Positions 58,922 to 64,000 of a stretch of DNA of 64,000 bases are shown here, in pieces. Source of the DNA: Selaginella moellendorffii. Lineage: Eukaryota > Plantae > Lycopodiophyta. Where the stretch lies: contig NW_003314345.1 in the NCBI RefSeq assembly GCF_000143415.4, forward strand, positions 328,574-392,573, read 5' to 3'. The number at the start of each line of letters is the position of its first letter. Positions within the stretch are counted from its first letter, which is position 1. Both the position numbers and the translations under genes were made by a program. The notes under the pieces were generated by a model. That model saw only the letters and a list, made by a program, of their open reading frames with translations. It did not search any database and was not told where the DNA came from.

Positions 58922-60044
58922 TAATATTTTGGTATAATTAAAAAAGAGTAAAGATATACTGGAGGTAGAATAATTAAATAATCTTATAAAAATAGTTATT
59001 CATTTTAATCTGGTTTATGATATGATATAAAATGATATGACACAATAAAATGATCCTAATTATTTTATTTAGTCTTATAAATCTTCTTTGACATCAAAGC
59101 TCTAGTTGTCTTTATATAATGAATATGGAAAGTAATTTCTTTAGTATATATATTCTATGTAAGTAGATTCTAAGCTAAATACAAAATCCATTTACACAAT
59201 CATGAATTATCCAACAACATTCAATAGTAAGTATACCAACAAAAAAATCTCAATTATAAACTTAACTGCTAAAGATTGTAGATAGCATGCTAGAAAAATT
59301 ATAAAAGACAACTCAAAAAGTAAAAAAATATCATCAACTAACAAGCAAAAAACTCATGAATGTATCATTCAAAGAAAATTAAATCACATCCCAATCTATC
59401 AAAACCAATATTAATAATAATTCCAAAATGAATGCTACAAGGCTAACAAACATTTGTTCATGTTAGTTATTGCACTAATTAGTCAAAATAAATTATAATT
59501 AATAATAATAAAGAATTAGAGTTGCTCAAGCAAGTGTTAATAACACTTTATAGATATCTCAAACCCAAGAAACCAATATAAGTAAATCACAAAAAATGTG
59601 GTAATGCAAAAAGCCAAAAACTATTAAGATAACAATTCACCATCACAAAAGACTCTTATTAATAGAGATGCAAAATCATTATCAAAGAAGAATCTACATC
59701 CCAAAGAATGACAAATTATCCATCATTAACAATAATCAAGCAGAAACTTTAACAAAAATAATCAACTATCCTAGATGACAATCAATTATTACTATTAACT
59801 GTTAGATGTGAGAACTAATTGAAACACTTAAGCATTTAATATCATATCCATATACTTGCTAAGTATTGCAAAATACCAATAAATACCCAAGACTTCAAAA
59901 TTACCAAGAATTTTATCTAATATGACCCTAAACTACATAAGATAAATAACTATATGGAAACTTTCAACCTTTTAGAAACTTTATTTGTTAGATCTCTTTT
60001 CCTTTCTTGAATATCTGGAGTAAGCTAAGACCACATAGTAAACT

Positions 60045-60190
60045 ATTAAGTTTGGACTTCTTAAAGTATTATAAAATCTTTAATTGATTAGAAAATTTGA
60101 AAAAAGAAGTGTATTTTTGTTCATAGATCCTTTCCTTTTATATTTAAACTTATACAAATCATCTTTTGAATTATTCTCTTTGGTTGTTGA
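60045..60190 (-). mobile_element. Degenerate second copy of the 5S-bearing solo LTR
   Basis: agtttggacttc ... cctttcc.tttatattt.aac ... attctctttggttg is shared with 56130-56323; the 5S core is mostly lost. Confidence 0.55.
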
Positions 60191-61019
60191 AACACACTTG
60201 TAAACCATAAAAACCTTCAATACAATAGTGCTGTCAAGAGTTCCAGCCCAGCTTGAGCTTAGTAGCTCAGGTGCCTCAGGTGCTTGAGCTTAAGTTTTGG
60301 GTTCTTAATCCGAATAAATTGTAAAAAGAATTCTAGCAAAAATTTCATTATGGAATTTTTAATTATCTTGAACATGAATTCCACTTTAAATTTTGATTAA
60401 ATTTTTTATCAAATTTCTCTTAATAAAGGTCTATATGCCTGGGAGCAATAGCCCTTCAAAGCCAGAATCCCAAAAGCATGAACTTGCGGAAGAGAGGAAC
60501 TTACTTAGCAGGAGACCAAAGCAAGCTTACAACTTCGTCTGATGCCTCCACCAAGAACATGTAGGACTATTAATATGAATTGCATAATAGGTGTTTGTAA
60601 CACCCTTTCTCTCATCATTATTCTTTCAATGGGCTTGTTAGAATTATATTTTGATAGTATGACCAGCACTTGACTCCAAAGTTGCAGTCAGCAACCAATA
60701 TACTGCTCTTGCCATCAGTGCATGTCAAGCCCCAATCAGGCTTCTTGGAGAGAGCAATGAAAAATGCTAAACAAAAAGCTTTATTTTATTTTAGAGAACG
60801 AGATTGTCTTGGTCAAGTTCTTTCATAACCGTCATACGGAGATCAAGGTGGTACAAGATTGTACCCGCGTTTTAAGAAGCGCTACAGCTCGTGGCATAGT
60901 GATATTTGGAAGCGTCCAATGTTTGATGAAATGCCACAGAAGAAAGAACCAAGGGGAGAAATTCTTGATTTTGGGTCACTTATGCTTTTAGGATCGCATG
61001 AGGACATAGCGGTTTGCAA

Positions 61020-61981
61020 TAGCTCTTGGGCTTCTTCCAAGCAGCAGGCGAGGCTCACTAGGCGTAGACGAGGCAGAGAAATCGTGAGAGGATCTTGGAG
61101 CGCGGCAACCAAGATGAAGACAAGGTGTGCTAACATAGTCACCTTTTCCTGGCGTTTTGAGTTCAAACGATTAAGGTTAGAGCTAGACAGAAATGGGAAG
61201 CGTGGTGATGTGGGAGGCAGCGAGTCACAGGGGACAGCGAGCATACCAGGAGGACAGGTTGTTGGCGATCCCAGGAAAGGTGGGACTGTTTGCGGTCTTT
61301 GATGGCCACCGCAGATGACAAGCAAGCGATTTTGCAGCGACCTGGTTCTACGAAAGATTCAACTATCACTTGAACCAAAGCAACGACAACACCCAATTGC
61401 AATTGCAGCTGATGGCCGCTCTGTCCTCTGCAGTCTCAGAACTGGAGGCTGCCTTCATTAAGGAATCGGAAAAGCATGGAATTGTCGCCGGTACCACAGC
61501 TTGTGTTGCAGCCGTCACCGGCCACACCCTTGTGGTGTTGAACCTTGGAGACTCGAGGGCTATCCTTTGTGGTATGGAGCCTGCGGATTGTGTAAGGCTG
61601 ACGCGTGACCATCATCCGTACTGGGAGGACGAGAGGAAACGGATCCAGGAAGCTGGTGGAAGCATTCACAGCAACGGGAAGCTGTTTGGTGAGTTTGAGG
61701 TGTCGAGGGCTATAGGTGATCGTGATCTCAAGGCGTTTGGAATGAGCGCAGTGCCGGAATTCACAGTATATGACCTGAGGCAACACAGGCCAAGACCTCT
61801 TTACCTTTTGGTTGGATCTGATGGGATTTTCGAAAAGCTGAGATTTCAAGGTGTCTGTGAAGTAGTTGGCAATGCAATTAGGAATGGAACATGCGAGGGG
61901 ATTCCTTCGAAAGTGATAGACACAGCACTTAAGGCTGGGACAAAGGATAATCTCACTCTTGTAGCTGTCAAATTAATATGA
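61020..61981 (+). pseudogene. Protein phosphatase 2C pseudogene
   Basis: GLFAVFDGHRR* (TGA at 61316) is in frame with GTTAC, NLGDSRA, LTRDHHP, VSRAIGD, GSDGIFE, KDNLT. The 5' boundary is approximate. Confidence 0.85.
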
Positions 61982-62917
61982 AATTTCTAACGATCATCGA
62001 TTGCATCTGACCAAATTTCTGTTTCTGGTGGCAATGAATATGCTCTGCATCTCTCACCTCTGCATCCGCGACACCATTCCCCGCGCAGCAAGTGGCGCCA
62101 CTTCCAGACACTCGAGATTGTTGCCTGGTGGACTTCCGGCAGTGCTACAGCTCCGCCCCGGTGGGAGTTTCCTTCGCCCAGTGGCCAGCGACCGGACGTT
62201 TTTGGTGGTGTACAGCCGCGAGAGGGATCGATCAACGCGAGAGTTCTGCATTGCTAGCTCGGCTAGGGGCGAGTGGTTCAGGGGCGACGATTGCCCAGAA
62301 AGAATGCCGGCGCTGGATCACGGTGAGGTGGTGGCGTTTTGCCATGAGGATCGCGATATACAACCTGTGGGATGGTTCCTGGCGAGTTTTTCGTGTTCCA
62401 CGAGTTGCTGGGATGTTCTATCGGGTGCTACCTTCGGCTGGATCGGGACCAGTGTTTGGTGGTGAGCGAATTCGATGCTGATGAGTTTCACGATAGCAGA
62501 GGGAGGGAGAGGAGTGGGAGATTGTGTTTTATGGTGAGGACATTGTGAATAGCAGCTTGCTTGGTTCTCCTGTTAAGTATGCTTTTCCTCTTTTCAAGTA
62601 AAACCTTACCAGGAGCGAGACACTGGGCCTCGGACCACGCATACTCAATTCTTCGTTTTGTGGTTGTTTTAGATGCAAACGTGGAGGATAAGAGACCCAA
62701 GGTGTAATCCGAAACTCGTGAAGATCCAACAAGCAGCCTCAAGAGAAAAAAAGAGAAGATCCAACAAGAGCGCTCTTGGCACCTTTGACAAACTTTGTAC
62801 TTCAGTGTCCTTCACAAAGATAAGGTTTCTTTTTCCTGCTGCTGGATCATCTTGTCAAGGCACGCCAACTATGCAAAGTTTTGAGCAACCTTTGTGTGAT
62901 GCTCCAGCTCCAGTAAG

Positions 62918-64000
62918 TTAAACCTCAGCTTTACCCGCAAGTGGAACAGTCCCATTGACAGTCCTGTGCCTGGGATCGGTTAATCTCGCGCAAACGCTAA
63001 TGAATCCCGCCTCGCGCATTGCCTCTTCCAGATCCAAGCCATAGTAGTCATCCAACCAAGGCTCGGTCGACTTTTGAAGTGTAAATAACACCGGTGGCAG
63101 GCTTTGCAGAATTTTAGACTTCGGCTGCAACAACAACGAGATTCAAGTTACTGTGGACTGATAAAAGAAAGAGAAAAGAACATACTGAATTGTCTGTGAT
63201 TGCAATTGTGCCTCCCGGTTTGAGAACCCTATATGCCTCTTTTAGAAGTCCCTTAGTCGCATGGACCGGACACTCGTGGATCTAAGCACAATGTCTTTCG
63301 TCAGCTGGTTCTATGAAAGAAAAGCAAGTTTCACGTACCACATACGCAATGGACACTATGTCGAAGGTGCATGAAGGAAATCCTGTGTGTTCGCCATTTG
63401 CGTGATGCCAGCGGATGGGATTCCTTTGGAGCTTGCCATCAGCAATCCGCTGCTTCTCTTTGTGCTGGGCAACGGCAAGGAAATAGGGGGATAAATCTAG
63501 CCCCTGGAAGCCATCGTTAGCAAGAGAACGAAAACTATCTACTAGAAAGGAACACACAGTGATTTGAGCAGAAGGAAAAGCTTCAGCAAGGTAGATTGTG
63601 CTCAAACCAACCGAACATCCCACGTCTAAAACTTGAGAGACTGGGAGGACCGAGTTCTGGCTATGGTAGCTCTCAAGTGCTCTTATCCAGTTTCCCCTGA
63701 GCACTTCTAGCGCTTCTTCCGTGGTTTCTGCGGCTGGAAGCGCCCGCCTGACCATCGACATTGTGGCTACCTCAGCTTCGGAAGCTGCCTGATACATGAT
63801 CCTGGTTTTGTAGCTATCAGTCACGAAAGAAATAAAAAAAAAGTTCGTGCGTGAATCTCACCTCCCAGCAAAGGTTGCCTTTGGTATAAGCATGGAACTT
63901 CTGGAGATAATCTAGAAACGAACAAAACCATAAACACTTGAAAGTTTCTCTAGCTGGAAAGAAGAACTTACACTCGGGATACACGATCGACTTGTTCTCA
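62918..64000 (-). CDS. SAM-dependent methyltransferase (type 11/25), 5' end outside the window
   Basis: FHAYTKGNLCWE, VLDVGCSVGLST, GLDLSPYFL, FDIVSIAYV, KSTEPWLDDYY. Confidence 0.9.

Overview
Eukaryotic plant nuclear DNA. The compact genes, ~45-70 bp GT-AG introns, plant-type tRNAs and PPR debris suggest a lycophyte such as Selaginella (inference, not verified). 1-13.2 kb is a three-level nest of Ty3/Gypsy LTR retrotransposons. A full-length chromovirus (element A, 670-13180, TSD TCACC) sits inside a family-B LTR and is itself interrupted by a decayed, inverted family-B element. Element A's integrase carries two short spliceosomal-type introns. Its 3' UTR holds a covarying cloverleaf/T-loop RNA module that also occurs twice in element B. 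14.4-50 kb is gene-dense: frameshifted MiAMP1-like peptide, eIF3g, SPARK/GPI protein, tRNA-Arg(CCG), COBRA-like, AVT1 transporter, tRNA-Ala(AGC), a two-domain bacterial-type AAA ATPase, aldo-keto reductase, GlcNAc kinase, an inverted pair of fascin-GH5 glucanases around an LRR-RLP, a tRNA-Asp fragment and a SNF2 pseudogene, DBP5/LOS4, and NOL10 and BCCIP head-to-head with start codons only 39 bp apart. 50-60.4 kb is AT-rich TE debris containing a 194-bp 5S-rRNA-bearing (Cassandra-like) solo LTR and an intact AT-rich PLAT gene. The window ends with a PP2C pseudogene, PPR fragments and a partial methyltransferase gene. All calls are by eye; no searches were run.
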